NCBI GenBank assembly: GCA_039810425.1
Contig: JBDHWW010000021.1
Coordinates: 1-60,064 of the forward strand
DNA length: 60,064 nucleotides
Direction: 5' to 3'
Origin: Pseudobdellovibrionaceae bacterium
Lineage (GTDB): Bacteria; Bdellovibrionota; Bdellovibrionia; Bdellovibrionales; Bdellovibrionaceae
Positions 36,356-45,451 of the stretch are shown piece by piece. The notes beneath the pieces are model-generated. The model saw nothing but the letters and a program-made list of their open reading frames with translations, did not search any database and had not been told where the DNA came from. The position numbers and the translations under genes were made by a program. Within the stretch, counting starts at the first letter, position 1. Each line of letters begins with the position of its first letter.

Positions 36356-36844
36356 CTAAGAACGGCGCTTGCGTGATTGATCGTGATGTTCTTGATGCCA
36401 CACTTTACGTGCTTCGGCAGCTTCTTCCGCAGCATACTCTCGCGGCGGTTTCGGCAACTTGTTGAGGCTTTCGCGGACATGACCGTGGGACATGACGAAT
36501 GGCGCTCCGGATTTCATCAGATTTTGATAGTGCCTGTTGAACTCGGATGTTGATTCCGGATGAAAGAACAGGCGCTCGACCTCAGAGCGCGCGACACCAG
36601 CTTGCTCCGGAGTGATTTCTTGCATTTCCGTCAGTAGGTCAATGTCAGCCACCAAAGAAGTGAGCTCGCGCAACCAAGCGAAGCGCTGTGCCACTAGGAT
36701 CACTTGCAACCACTCCCCAGGACCTACGCTGCGGTCGCTCTCTTTTTCGAAGATCTCTTTAAGATGGTCCAAGAGTTCTTTCTGCAAATTAAGCAGCGCT
36801 TTGCGCAGTTGAAGCGTGGATTCGTGGTGTCCGTGAGCGGTCAT
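36356..36844 (-). CDS. Hypothetical helical protein
   Basis: AAGGAGG SD; LRKALLNLQKELL...FAWLRELTSLV..ID. Confidence 0.75.
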   Translation of the reverse strand: MTAHGHHESTLQLRKALLNLQKELLDHLKEIFEKESDRSVGPGEWLQVILVAQRFAWLRELTSLVADIDLLTEMQEITPEQAGVARSEVERLFFHPESTSEFNRHYQNLMKSGAPFVMSHGHVRESLNKLPKPPREYAAEEAAEARKVWHQEHHDQSRKRRS

Positions 36845-36982
36845 GAAGCCTCCTTTCACACTTTAAGCACATGATTCGGGCTGTTGTCATTGAGTTTTCA
36901 CCCCGTTTTCGTATTGACCACGGCATTGACAACGAGTGCGGGACTTATTAGTTACGGGATACACATTCTCTTTGGAGGTTCC

Positions 36983-37915
36983 TTGAAAGCGCTTATTTGC
37001 CTTTTGGTATTCTATTTTGCGTCTATGGGTCCTGCGTATGCCCAGTCGACTTTGGCGTTACCGCAACCGACGACATCGAGCAAAACCCCAACGATGGCGT
37101 CGGATCTGAAAATTCAGAATAGAAAATTCGAAGATACGCGCGAAATCACGGATGCAAAGATGCGTGCAGATTTGGGATCATTGTCGCGCTATAGCTTTAA
37201 ATTGGATCTCGGTTACAACGGACCTACGATTGGCAAGCCGCTCGAAAAGGATCTGCCGAACCCTGACAATATGAGGCGTGTGAACGCGACAAACATTAAA
37301 GGCAACATCAGCGGCCGTTTCCGTTTGGATTCAAACTCCGCGGTTTTCTTGGGTGGGGGATTGAGCGCGCTTTATCCTTTCCACGGGATGGGCCGTATGG
37401 ACATCAACACTCCGCAAATCGGCTATGACATGTTCCATCGCGTGGGCGATGCTCAAATGAGAAATGCGTTTGGTGTATCGTTTGAAACAGTGCCGACCTA
37501 TCAGGCGGTGGGAATTGCCGGAGGCTTGAATTATATCGGTTCCACATTGTTTGACTTGGGCACAAGTGGCTTCGCCAGTGGCATGGACTTGATACTTTTT
37601 TATAAAGTCTATAACCGTGCCTATCTGCCGACTGATGGAAATACGCCGCGCTACACGGCGATCCTGTCACCGTCGTTGAAGTACAATTTGTCCGACCGGG
37701 CGAGTATCGGCACGAACTTGGGATTTGCTTTCTGGAATCCGCGTGCGCTCGGCAATACAACAGCACTCTTGCCGCAGACTGCGATCCAGAGGCTTTCTTT
37801 TGGCTATGCATTTAAGAAAACCGTGTTTGTGGCCCCGTATTTGAACTTCTATCCAAGCAAGCTGGCGATGGACACAACCACCATCAATCTATCAACGGTG
37901 TTCTCGTTGCTTTAG
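36983..37915 (+). CDS. Putative outer-membrane beta-barrel protein
   Basis: GGAGG SD before TTG 36983, signal PAYA, beta strands, end TVFSLL. Confidence 0.75.
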   Translation: MKALICLLVFYFASMGPAYAQSTLALPQPTTSSKTPTMASDLKIQNRKFEDTREITDAKMRADLGSLSRYSFKLDLGYNGPTIGKPLEKDLPNPDNMRRVNATNIKGNISGRFRLDSNSAVFLGGGLSALYPFHGMGRMDINTPQIGYDMFHRVGDAQMRNAFGVSFETVPTYQAVGIAGGLNYIGSTLFDLGTSGFASGMDLILFYKVYNRAYLPTDGNTPRYTAILSPSLKYNLSDRASIGTNLGFAFWNPRALGNTTALLPQTAIQRLSFGYAFKKTVFVAPYLNFYPSKLAMDTTTINLSTVFSLL

Positions 37916-37931
37916 GGCTTTTGAGATAGGA

Positions 37932-37963
37932 AGAGTTGCGGCCCATAGGGGATCCGCAACTCT
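37932..37963. terminator. Hairpin between convergent genes
   Basis: AGAGTTGCGG-N12-CCGCAACTCT; weak U tract. Confidence 0.5.
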
Positions 37964-37981
37964 CGAACAAGGGCACCCGCT

Positions 37982-38395
37982 CTAATGTGCCACTTGGGAT
38001 ACGATTTCTTGGGTGAGCTTTTCGTTTCTGGCATTTCGGGCCATGTCGGTGAGACTGACGATACCCACGAGTCTTTTGTTTCGATTGATGACTGGTAAAC
38101 GCCTTACTTGGACAGAGGCCATTTTTCGTGCGACGGCATCAGCATCTTCATCATCATAACAGTAGCTGATCCCTTCGGTCATGCAGTCGATGACTTTGGT
38201 TTCTTTAGGATCTAGTCCCTCCGCAACGACGCGAATTGTGATGTCACGGTCGGTGATCATACCCACCATTCGGTCGTTCTGCTCTATGGGCAGGGAGCCA
38301 AAATTACCTTTCCTCATCATTTGCGCGGCTTCTTGGACCGAGCGGTCAAAGCGGATCACTTCGGCTTTGTCGCGCATTATTTCCCTGACAAACAT
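37982..38395 (-). CDS. CBS-domain pair protein
   Basis: VGMITDRDITIR, VRRLPVI, LVGIVSL. Confidence 0.92.
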   Translation of the reverse strand: MFVREIMRDKAEVIRFDRSVQEAAQMMRKGNFGSLPIEQNDRMVGMITDRDITIRVVAEGLDPKETKVIDCMTEGISYCYDDEDADAVARKMASVQVRRLPVINRNKRLVGIVSLTDMARNARNEKLTQEIVSQVAH

Positions 38396-38493
38396 AAGAT
38401 CCTCCTTGTGAACAACCCTATGTTAGCAAGCGCTAAGATCCATAGATGTTTCGAAACATGGATGATTTTACGAAATCAAGGAGTGCGGGCCCA

Positions 38494-38856
38494 CTAAGAA
38501 CTATAGTACTTATGAAGCTTCTTTTTTGCCTTATGCTTGGCGCTCACTTTTGCTTTCTTCGAAGCCTTTTTCTTTGGCTGCTTTTTAGCGCTCGCGGGCG
38601 CGCGCTTGCTCATGTACTTCGAAGCCTTCTTATAGCTCGCTGTATGTTGTTTCTTGGATTTCTTTGTCGAAGCGTGAGACTTTGCTTTTGAAGCTTTCTT
38701 CGCTGACTTGGCTTTTTTCTTTTTCAAATTCATGCTGACGTCGGTCTTAGACTTCTTCTTATGGGTTGTTTTCTTTTTCGCCAACGCGGCCTCGCCAGAA
38801 AACATCAATGCCATTGTCAGAAACATCGCAGACATCATCTTTAACGGTAAATTCAT
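38494..38856 (-). CDS. Secreted Lys/Ala/Ser-rich (histone H1-like composition) protein
   Basis: Signal ending AALA, then a highly basic low-complexity region. Confidence 0.75.
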   Translation of the reverse strand: MNLPLKMMSAMFLTMALMFSGEAALAKKKTTHKKKSKTDVSMNLKKKKAKSAKKASKAKSHASTKKSKKQHTASYKKASKYMSKRAPASAKKQPKKKASKKAKVSAKHKAKKKLHKYYSS

Positions 38857-38884
38857 GAGTCACCTTCCCCTATGGTCTAGAGAT

Positions 38885-38911
38885 TTGTCGGAGGGCTTTG
38901 GGCTAAACTTA
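38885..38911 (-). promoter_or_regulatory. sigma28-type promoter
   Basis: TAAG-N15-TCCGACAA on the minus strand. Confidence 0.45.
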
Positions 38912-39115
38912 AGACTTGTTATAAATGAAAAACAAATTGACGTTCTATGTTGAGATTTTTGAGTTAAGTGGGTGAACACAGGGCGCCCCCGAGGCCCCCC
39001 ACCGCTATGGGGGAACCGGAAGAAAAGCCTCTCTGCCTTGGTAGAGCCATCCTGGATCTCGAAAGGATATTTATTGATGGCGAACGGTGAGGTTTTTTGG
39101 TATCTGGTTCTTCCT

Positions 39116-39811
39116 ATGAATATGAGGCAAACCTGGCAAACACTCATTCTTCGCACTGTTCTTTTTTGCTTCCTCGGCAGCGTGGGCAGCGTTTTGCTCT
39201 ATAGCTTCCTGCCGGTGTACCTGACGCCATTGATGGTGATCCGCACGGGGGGCTCGGTCTTTGAACCTGAGTTCTTGGGTATGCACAAGACCTGGGTGCC
39301 GATCGAGCAGATCTCGCCAAACATTCAGCGCGCGGTTCTGAAAGCAGAAGATTATCGTTTTTATGATCATCAAGGTTTTGATTTCGAAGCTATTGAAAAG
39401 GCCATGAAATACAATAAAACGCATAAGCGAAAAAAGGGTGCGAGCACTATCAGTCAGCAGACGGCGAAAAACGTGTTCCTATGGCCGAACCGCGATTGGG
39501 TTCGTAAAGGCCTCGAAGCTTACTTCACGGTTTTGATCGAGGCTATTTGGTCGAAAGAACGCATTATGGAAGTTTACTTGAATGTGATTGAATTCGGCCC
39601 AGGGGTGTACGGTGTTGAAGCGGCGGCTCAGCGTTATTTCCACCGTCCGGCGGCGAAGCTGACGCCTTCACAAGCAGCGCTGATGGCGGCGGTTCTGCCG
39701 AATCCAAAACGTTTCCGTGTGGATCGGCCCTCTTCCTATGTGTTGGCCCGTCAGCGCCACATCCTGTATCGGGTTTCCCCGAACATCCCGAAGATCGAAG
39801 ATTTATTTTAG
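39116..39811 (+). CDS. mtgA: Monofunctional biosynthetic peptidoglycan transglycosylase
   Basis: AEDYRFYDHQGFD, GASTISQQTAKN, RKGLE, YLNVIEFG.GVYG. Confidence 0.93.
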   Translation: MNMRQTWQTLILRTVLFCFLGSVGSVLLYSFLPVYLTPLMVIRTGGSVFEPEFLGMHKTWVPIEQISPNIQRAVLKAEDYRFYDHQGFDFEAIEKAMKYNKTHKRKKGASTISQQTAKNVFLWPNRDWVRKGLEAYFTVLIEAIWSKERIMEVYLNVIEFGPGVYGVEAAAQRYFHRPAAKLTPSQAALMAAVLPNPKRFRVDRPSSYVLARQRHILYRVSPNIPKIEDLF

Positions 39812-40149
39812 CGCTGCCAGCGACGGCCTTGGCAATGTTGACGAAAGTCATTGTAACGGGCTTGAGCCGCACAGCGGTTGTTGCGGAGGTCGTTACGAAG
39901 ACCTTCACAGTAGTGATTCAGCGTCGGGTACTGTTGGGGACCGGTTGTACAGCCGTTGTCGTAGTAGTTGTAACCATAGGGGAACTGGCGAGGGCGTGCG
40001 CCTGGGTTTTGTGGGCCGCCGTTTTGATAAACATTGTTATTCACGTTTGGAGCCGGAACTGTCGCCACCGCCGTGTCACCATCGCCGTTACCGTTTTTTG
40101 CGCAAGCACCTAAAATCAAAAAGAGAGAGAGCAAGAGAATGTTTTTCAT
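39808..40149 (-). CDS. Small Cys-containing lipoprotein
   Basis: Lipobox LGAC; four further Cys. Confidence 0.78.
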   Translation of the reverse strand: MKNILLLSLFLILGACAKNGNGDGDTAVATVPAPNVNNNVYQNGGPQNPGARPRQFPYGYNYYDNGCTTGPQQYPTLNHYCEGLRNDLRNNRCAAQARYNDFRQHCQGRRWQR

Positions 40150-40318
40150 GGCGCTAGCAATATTTGTTACCGCAGGAAAAGCCAATCTAAAAAAATCGCC
40201 AGGAAAAAAAGAGAAGATAGAATGACACCACCTTCCCTTTCGGAGTCAATTTGCCCCTGCAGTCTCTGGTACTTTGGACCTTTGCGAGCGGAACGAAACT
40301 ATTTTTTATTTAAATAGC

Positions 40319-40873
40319 TTAGTCCGTCGTGGTTGTTTTTTGCTTGGACTTTAATTCGAGTTCGCAAACTTTTACTTTTGTTTCGTACTCTTCTTGGCGA
40401 TCCATCAAAACTTTGCGGTAGTTTTTGAATCTCTCGAGGCGGTCTTTAAGGTACTCTTCAGAGACACCCACGATTTTCTTTTTTTCTTCAATACCGATTT
40501 TGCTGACATCGTCCTCGGCGGTGACGTACTCGCGTTTTTCAGTCCACAAAAGCTTCCCATCACCGCCTTTGGACTTTTCGCTCATTTCAGCGCGACAGTC
40601 TTTCAGCACTCCATAGAGGCCGCGGTTGTCCAAGTAACGTGGGCCACCGTAAACTTTGGCTTCGAGATTGTAAACTTCGGTTTCAAGGTTGCGAAGTTCT
40701 TCGTTCATTTGTACTTTTCTTTGATAAATCATATCGCCGTCTTTAACGCCAATCACGCCGCCGGTATTGACCGGAGCGGTCATGTCGACTTTTGTGTCGA
40801 GGTCTTTGGCCTTGTTAGGATTGGCACATGCTGCAAGCACCATACTGAGGGCGATAAATACGAACTTTTTCAT
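40319..40873 (-). CDS. Lipoprotein with coiled coils
   Basis: MKKFVFIALSMVLAA-C; AAGGA SD. Confidence 0.82.
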   Translation of the reverse strand: MKKFVFIALSMVLAACANPNKAKDLDTKVDMTAPVNTGGVIGVKDGDMIYQRKVQMNEELRNLETEVYNLEAKVYGGPRYLDNRGLYGVLKDCRAEMSEKSKGGDGKLLWTEKREYVTAEDDVSKIGIEEKKKIVGVSEEYLKDRLERFKNYRKVLMDRQEEYETKVKVCELELKSKQKTTTTD

Positions 40874-41144
40874 AAGAGAAAATCCTTTCTGTTTCACATG
40901 AAGTGAAAGAGTAGACACTAGTTTAGTAGGTTTTTTCCAAAAGAAAATACATGTATGAGAACCTACGAGGCGCATCAATGCCGGGTAAGGCTTCCACACG
41001 GTAAAGAACAAGTACATTCAAGAGCTTAGCGCATTACTTTGTAAAGAGCATGGGCTGGCAGTGACGGAGCGGCACAGAGGTCACCTTGTGTTTTGCTAGG
41101 ACTCGGGCCAAGATCTTTCAATAAATTTGTTGAAAGGATAATGT

Positions 41145-41669
41145 ATGAAGTACTTGGCCTTTTTAACTTTCATTCTAGGTGGTTTTCTTATGCTCGAATC
41201 CGCTCATGCCGCAGAACTCAAGGTGAATGATCCCGCGCCGCTCTTTGCCGCAAAAACTCACGAAGGCAAAGACTTCGATCTGAAGTCGCGCAAGGGGCAG
41301 TGGACTGTCTTGTACTTTTATCCAAAAGCGGGCACTCCGGGTTGCACCAAGCAGGCTTGTGCTTTTCGCGATAATATCGAAAAAATCCGTGCGCAAGGAG
41401 CAGATGTCTATGGTATCAGTGCCGACACGGTTGCGGAGCAATCCGATTTTCATAAGACCCATCACTTGAATTTCAACTTGCTGGCGGATCCAGACGATCA
41501 TGTGATTGATTTGTATGGCACCAAGATGGCGGATAAAAAACTGTCGAAGCGTTGGACTTACATCATTGATCCGGACTTGAAAATCCGCTCGATTCAGAAA
41601 GATGTGGATCCCGTTGTTGATTCGGAAAAGGTCGCCGGCGAGATCTCGCAGCTAAAAGCTAAAAAATAG
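41145..41669 (+). CDS. bcp: Peroxiredoxin, BCP/PrxQ type, with signal peptide
   Basis: VLYFYPKAGTPGCTKQAC; signal AHA. Confidence 0.88.
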   Translation: MKYLAFLTFILGGFLMLESAHAAELKVNDPAPLFAAKTHEGKDFDLKSRKGQWTVLYFYPKAGTPGCTKQACAFRDNIEKIRAQGADVYGISADTVAEQSDFHKTHHLNFNLLADPDDHVIDLYGTKMADKKLSKRWTYIIDPDLKIRSIQKDVDPVVDSEKVAGEISQLKAKK

Positions 41670-41679
41670 CGCGGTTTCT

Positions 41680-42825
41680 ATGCGAGATCCTAAGAAACAA
41701 CGACTAGGGATAGTTCTCACCGGCGGGGGGGCCCGGGCAGCCTATCAAGTGGGGGTGTTGCGTGCGATCTCGGCGATCACGAGCTTTGAAACAAATCCCT
41801 TTCGTGTGATTTCCGGCTATTCCGCCGGCGCGATTAACGGCACCTGGCTTGCGGGCCGGACTGAAAATTTCGACCGAGCGGTGCAAAGCATGTGGGACGA
41901 GTGGGCCGGGCTCACGACAAAAAAAGTTTTTAATACTGAAATTCCCAACGCCGTTATTATGGCGCTAAGATGGGTTAAAGACCGCAGCTTCGGCGGCGTT
42001 CATCAAAACCACATGCAGATTAACTATCTTTTAGACACGCTCCCCTTGCAGAAGTTCATAGAGTCGAAGATTAACTATCAAGGTTTGCGCGAGCATTTGA
42101 GCACGGGGGCTTTGCATGCCTTGTCGGTCACCACCGTCAATTATCAGACCGGACAATCCGTCACGTTTTATGGCGGTGACAAGGATATCGAAGACTGGAA
42201 AACTCTAAACCGGATTAGCGTGCGGGCGGACCTTAAGGCGGAACATGTGATTGCTTCGTCAGCGATTCCGATCTTTTTCCCGCCTCAAAAAATTGGCGAC
42301 TATCACTATGGTGACGGTATGGTGCGTTTGAACTCACCGTTGAGCGCCGCGGTTCGAATGGGGGCCGAGAAGTTGCTCGTGATCGGGATTCGCGGGCCGA
42401 GCGCCGAGTCGACCAACAAAAATCAGCATATCGGTCATGTGACGATCGGGGAAATTGCCGGAACGATTTTAAACGGTCTTTTCTTTGATGCGTTGGATGC
42501 GGATTTGGCGCGTTTAGAACGGATCAACCGGACCGTGTCTCTGATGAGTAAAGAAGAATTGGGCCGCGGCAAGGATCATTTGCGCCGAATTCCGGTTTTG
42601 TTGATGAGGCCCAGCACGGAAATTGATCAACTGTCCGAGGTTGGGTTGTCGCAGTTGCCGGCGACCTTGCGATTTTTGCTAAAGGGGATTGGTCTGCAAG
42701 ACGACCGTGGTACGGATTTATTGAGTTACCTTTCTTTTGAACCACAGTACATCAAAACACTTCTGGAGGCGGGTTACGAAGACACGATGAAGAGAAAACA
42801 GGAAATCATCGATTTTTTCTCATAG
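41680..42825 (+). CDS. Patatin-like phospholipase
   Basis: GGGARAAYQVG, GYSAG, ASSAIP.FFP, DGM. Confidence 0.9.
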   Translation: MRDPKKQRLGIVLTGGGARAAYQVGVLRAISAITSFETNPFRVISGYSAGAINGTWLAGRTENFDRAVQSMWDEWAGLTTKKVFNTEIPNAVIMALRWVKDRSFGGVHQNHMQINYLLDTLPLQKFIESKINYQGLREHLSTGALHALSVTTVNYQTGQSVTFYGGDKDIEDWKTLNRISVRADLKAEHVIASSAIPIFFPPQKIGDYHYGDGMVRLNSPLSAAVRMGAEKLLVIGIRGPSAESTNKNQHIGHVTIGEIAGTILNGLFFDALDADLARLERINRTVSLMSKEELGRGKDHLRRIPVLLMRPSTEIDQLSEVGLSQLPATLRFLLKGIGLQDDRGTDLLSYLSFEPQYIKTLLEAGYEDTMKRKQEIIDFFS

Positions 42826-42924
42826 GCTAAAAGCTTTCGCCCCAGGTCGGTAGGTTCCGTCAAAGAAGGGGTGTTTTAAGGACTCAAAGGCCAAGGCTTA
42901 GATCTGGGAGGTCCGGTGCGACCT

Positions 42925-42950
42925 TAAAGAAATTCATATTCTGCCGATAA
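42925..42950 (+). promoter_or_regulatory. sigma28-type promoter
   Basis: TAAA-N14-GCCGATAA (perfect -10), 6 nt before the ATG. Confidence 0.6.
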
Positions 42951-42956
42951 GTATTT

Positions 42957-44423
42957 ATGCGCAAAATACTCATCACTTCGCTTTTGGTCGTTTCGGCTTG
43001 TGCCAGCAAAGAACGTCGTCCGACGGCAGTTCCGGTTTTGGTTCCCGCTGCAGATGGAGCGGTAGAGTTGGATCAAGCAATTCAGCAAGGCGCGGCCCCG
43101 ACGGTGGCTTATTTGAAAACCCAGGTTACAGTAAAAAGTTATGATGGATTGAACGGCCGTGATCCTGCATCACATTTGCCGACGGCCATTCGTGCGGAGC
43201 GCATCCCGCAGGCAATCTCTAAGGATCGCAACGTTCTGACATCCTTCATCCGTAAATTCCGCGAGTGGACCCCAGCGCATCGTGCGCGCCGTGCAGTGCA
43301 GTTGCAGGGCGATGGCTTTCATTGCGGTCAAGCCGTGGAAGCTCAAGCTTTGGCGATGACTTTGGAGATCGACTTCCCTGAGGAAGCGGCGATGACTTCC
43401 TCACAAACGTTGCACGAGAAGGGCTTGGTTTGCCAGGCATTCTCTCGCCAGGAAAGCCTGTTTAAACTTGCCGTGTTTGCAATTCAAAAAGGTGACTGCA
43501 ATAAGGCGTCAGAGTACCTTGGTAAATTTCCCAGCGCGTTGGAGCGCGGTGTGAGTGACCGTTTGAACTACTTGCGCAGTTTCTGCTCTGGGAGCGCTGC
43601 CACGGTGGCCGAACGCAACCCTTGGGGCGGCTACGGTATTTTGCTGAGTGATGCGAAAAATGCAGAGCGTGGCGGCTATCGTTGGACCCTGGATGCGAAG
43701 AGCGGCTCTGAGGACTGGGACCGATTGTTGGCTACGTTTATCGAGCTCTATGAAAAAAACCAGCCGGAAACGATTCGGTATCTTGCAAACAAGATCAACT
43801 ATGATAAGTTGCGCACCTTGCCTGTCCCATTTCAAACTTCAATACTCGTGATGATGAACTTCGCGGGCGCGGACCTGCCGGTCTTCCAGATGTTGCATAA
43901 ATTCTTGGGCGAGCATCCGGAGATGGCGACTCCGCCGGTGGCCAATCTGCTTTTCCCGGTTCGTTTTTGGAATCAGATTTTAGAAAACAGCAAAAACGCA
44001 GACCCGGTTTTGGTGAAAGCTTTGATACGCCAAGAAAGTGCGTTTAATCCGATGGCCCGTAGCCGGGCGCGCGCGGCGGGTTTGATGCAACTGATATATC
44101 CAACAGCAAAGAACTTTGGTGTGAAGAAACAGAAGGATCTCGTGGATCCTACCGTGAATATTCATGCGGGCTCTGAGTTCTTAGCTCAGCTGATTGATGA
44201 TTTTGGTTCTGTCGAGTTGGCCTTGGCAGCCTACAATGCCGGTCCTGCGGCGGTTCGTCAGTGGCAGAAGCGTTACCCAACAAAAAACATCGATCTCTTC
44301 GTTGAGATGATTCCTTATACGGAAACCCGCGAGTACGTGCGTCTTGTTCGCCGGAATTATAAGATCTATCAGGCGATCTTGCCAAAGCCGACCGCTGGTG
44401 CTCAGACTTTGTCCGGAATGTAG
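42957..44423 (+). CDS. Lytic transglycosylase (SLT domain) lipoprotein
   Basis: Lipobox VSAC; IRQESAF, GLMQL, AAYNAG, ETREYV. Confidence 0.92.
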   Translation: MRKILITSLLVVSACASKERRPTAVPVLVPAADGAVELDQAIQQGAAPTVAYLKTQVTVKSYDGLNGRDPASHLPTAIRAERIPQAISKDRNVLTSFIRKFREWTPAHRARRAVQLQGDGFHCGQAVEAQALAMTLEIDFPEEAAMTSSQTLHEKGLVCQAFSRQESLFKLAVFAIQKGDCNKASEYLGKFPSALERGVSDRLNYLRSFCSGSAATVAERNPWGGYGILLSDAKNAERGGYRWTLDAKSGSEDWDRLLATFIELYEKNQPETIRYLANKINYDKLRTLPVPFQTSILVMMNFAGADLPVFQMLHKFLGEHPEMATPPVANLLFPVRFWNQILENSKNADPVLVKALIRQESAFNPMARSRARAAGLMQLIYPTAKNFGVKKQKDLVDPTVNIHAGSEFLAQLIDDFGSVELALAAYNAGPAAVRQWQKRYPTKNIDLFVEMIPYTETREYVRLVRRNYKIYQAILPKPTAGAQTLSGM

Positions 44424-44467
44424 AACACGACCCATCACCTTGAACGCGGGTAGATTTTTAGTGGTTA

Positions 44468-44758
44468 CTAAAGAGAGTTTTCATCTAAGAACTGCACGCC
44501 GATCTGAATCAGCGCAGGCTCAAGCTCTCTGCCCCAAACAATCTTGCAGGGAAGAACGCCAATGCGGCCAACAGAGACTTTGATTTTTTGGCCCGGAATC
44601 ACTTGTTGCTTGGTGTTGATCACCAAAGAACAACCAGTGTAGGACTCATTGCGGATGAGCGCCACTGCGGTTGGCAAAAAATCTTTTCCCGTGAAATTAA
44701 AATCAATCAATGCGTGGTCCAAAGGATCCGGTTGAAAGCGAATAGATCTTGTTGTCAT
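44468..44758 (-). CDS. Single-domain PilZ-like protein
   Basis: TRSIRF...NESYTGC...KIVW...IGVQFL. Confidence 0.7.
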   Translation of the reverse strand: MTTRSIRFQPDPLDHALIDFNFTGKDFLPTAVALIRNESYTGCSLVINTKQQVIPGQKIKVSVGRIGVLPCKIVWGRELEPALIQIGVQFLDENSL

Positions 44759-44805
44759 GGGTCTATGTTAGCGCGTCCCGCTAACAGCGAAAAGAAAAAT
44801 TCCAG

Positions 44806-45189
44806 CTAGGACTTGCTCGAGTCGCTGTTTTTATCGGAACTGAGCGCTTCGTCTACGACAGCCTTAAGGTCGAGCTTTTTAAGAGAATCCAGGGCTAAGT
44901 CCCAACGGCCTTCGGCGCAAAGGCCGCTCATTCCGCCGTCCTCATAAGCTTGAGTCAAAGCGGAGCGGGCCGCCTCGAGAACGGCTTTCCCGGCTTTTTC
45001 GGCCATCTCGTCACAGCGGACGCAGTTGAGGACCTGGCCTAGGCGGCTATCTCGTCCTTCGGGAGTCAGGACCCAAGGCCTTTCCATCCACGGGGGATCA
45101 TGGCGCATGTGTTGGTTGTGGCCGCATTCAAGCTCCGCCACCCAGTGATTTTCTACATCCACATGAAAGCCGGTGACTTTTTGTTTCAT
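44806..45189 (-). CDS. DUF3565 protein with a C-terminal helical domain
   Basis: GFHVDVENHWVAELECGHNQHMRHDPPW..RPWV...C.RCD. Confidence 0.82.
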   Translation of the reverse strand: MKQKVTGFHVDVENHWVAELECGHNQHMRHDPPWMERPWVLTPEGRDSRLGQVLNCVRCDEMAEKAGKAVLEAARSALTQAYEDGGMSGLCAEGRWDLALDSLKKLDLKAVVDEALSSDKNSDSSKS

Positions 45190-45451
45190 AAAATTTCCAC
45201 TTTGCTGGATACTTTCATTCGCCAATTATAGCGTGGCCCTCGGCGGATATACAAGCCACTAGACTCCAGAGGGGACACCTTGCTCCGAATCAGGGAGCTC
45301 AAAAAGAGATTTTCTGGTTTGATCGACTTGGCTGCCCTTAGCGAGGAGAGCGTGCAGAAATCTTGTGTCATTTTTGGACGGGAGGCACTCGTCCCTTTAC
45401 CGGCCCACACTTTCTTGGTGCAATAATGGAGGACCTCAGCAGGAGTAAACA

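Noticed and set aside
40224..40300. Minus-strand GGCAAA...GAAA and CGCAAAG, resembling a c-di-GMP-I riboswitch
   Set aside because: Elements are in the wrong order and the P2 pairing is poor; better explained as a TTGACT promoter.
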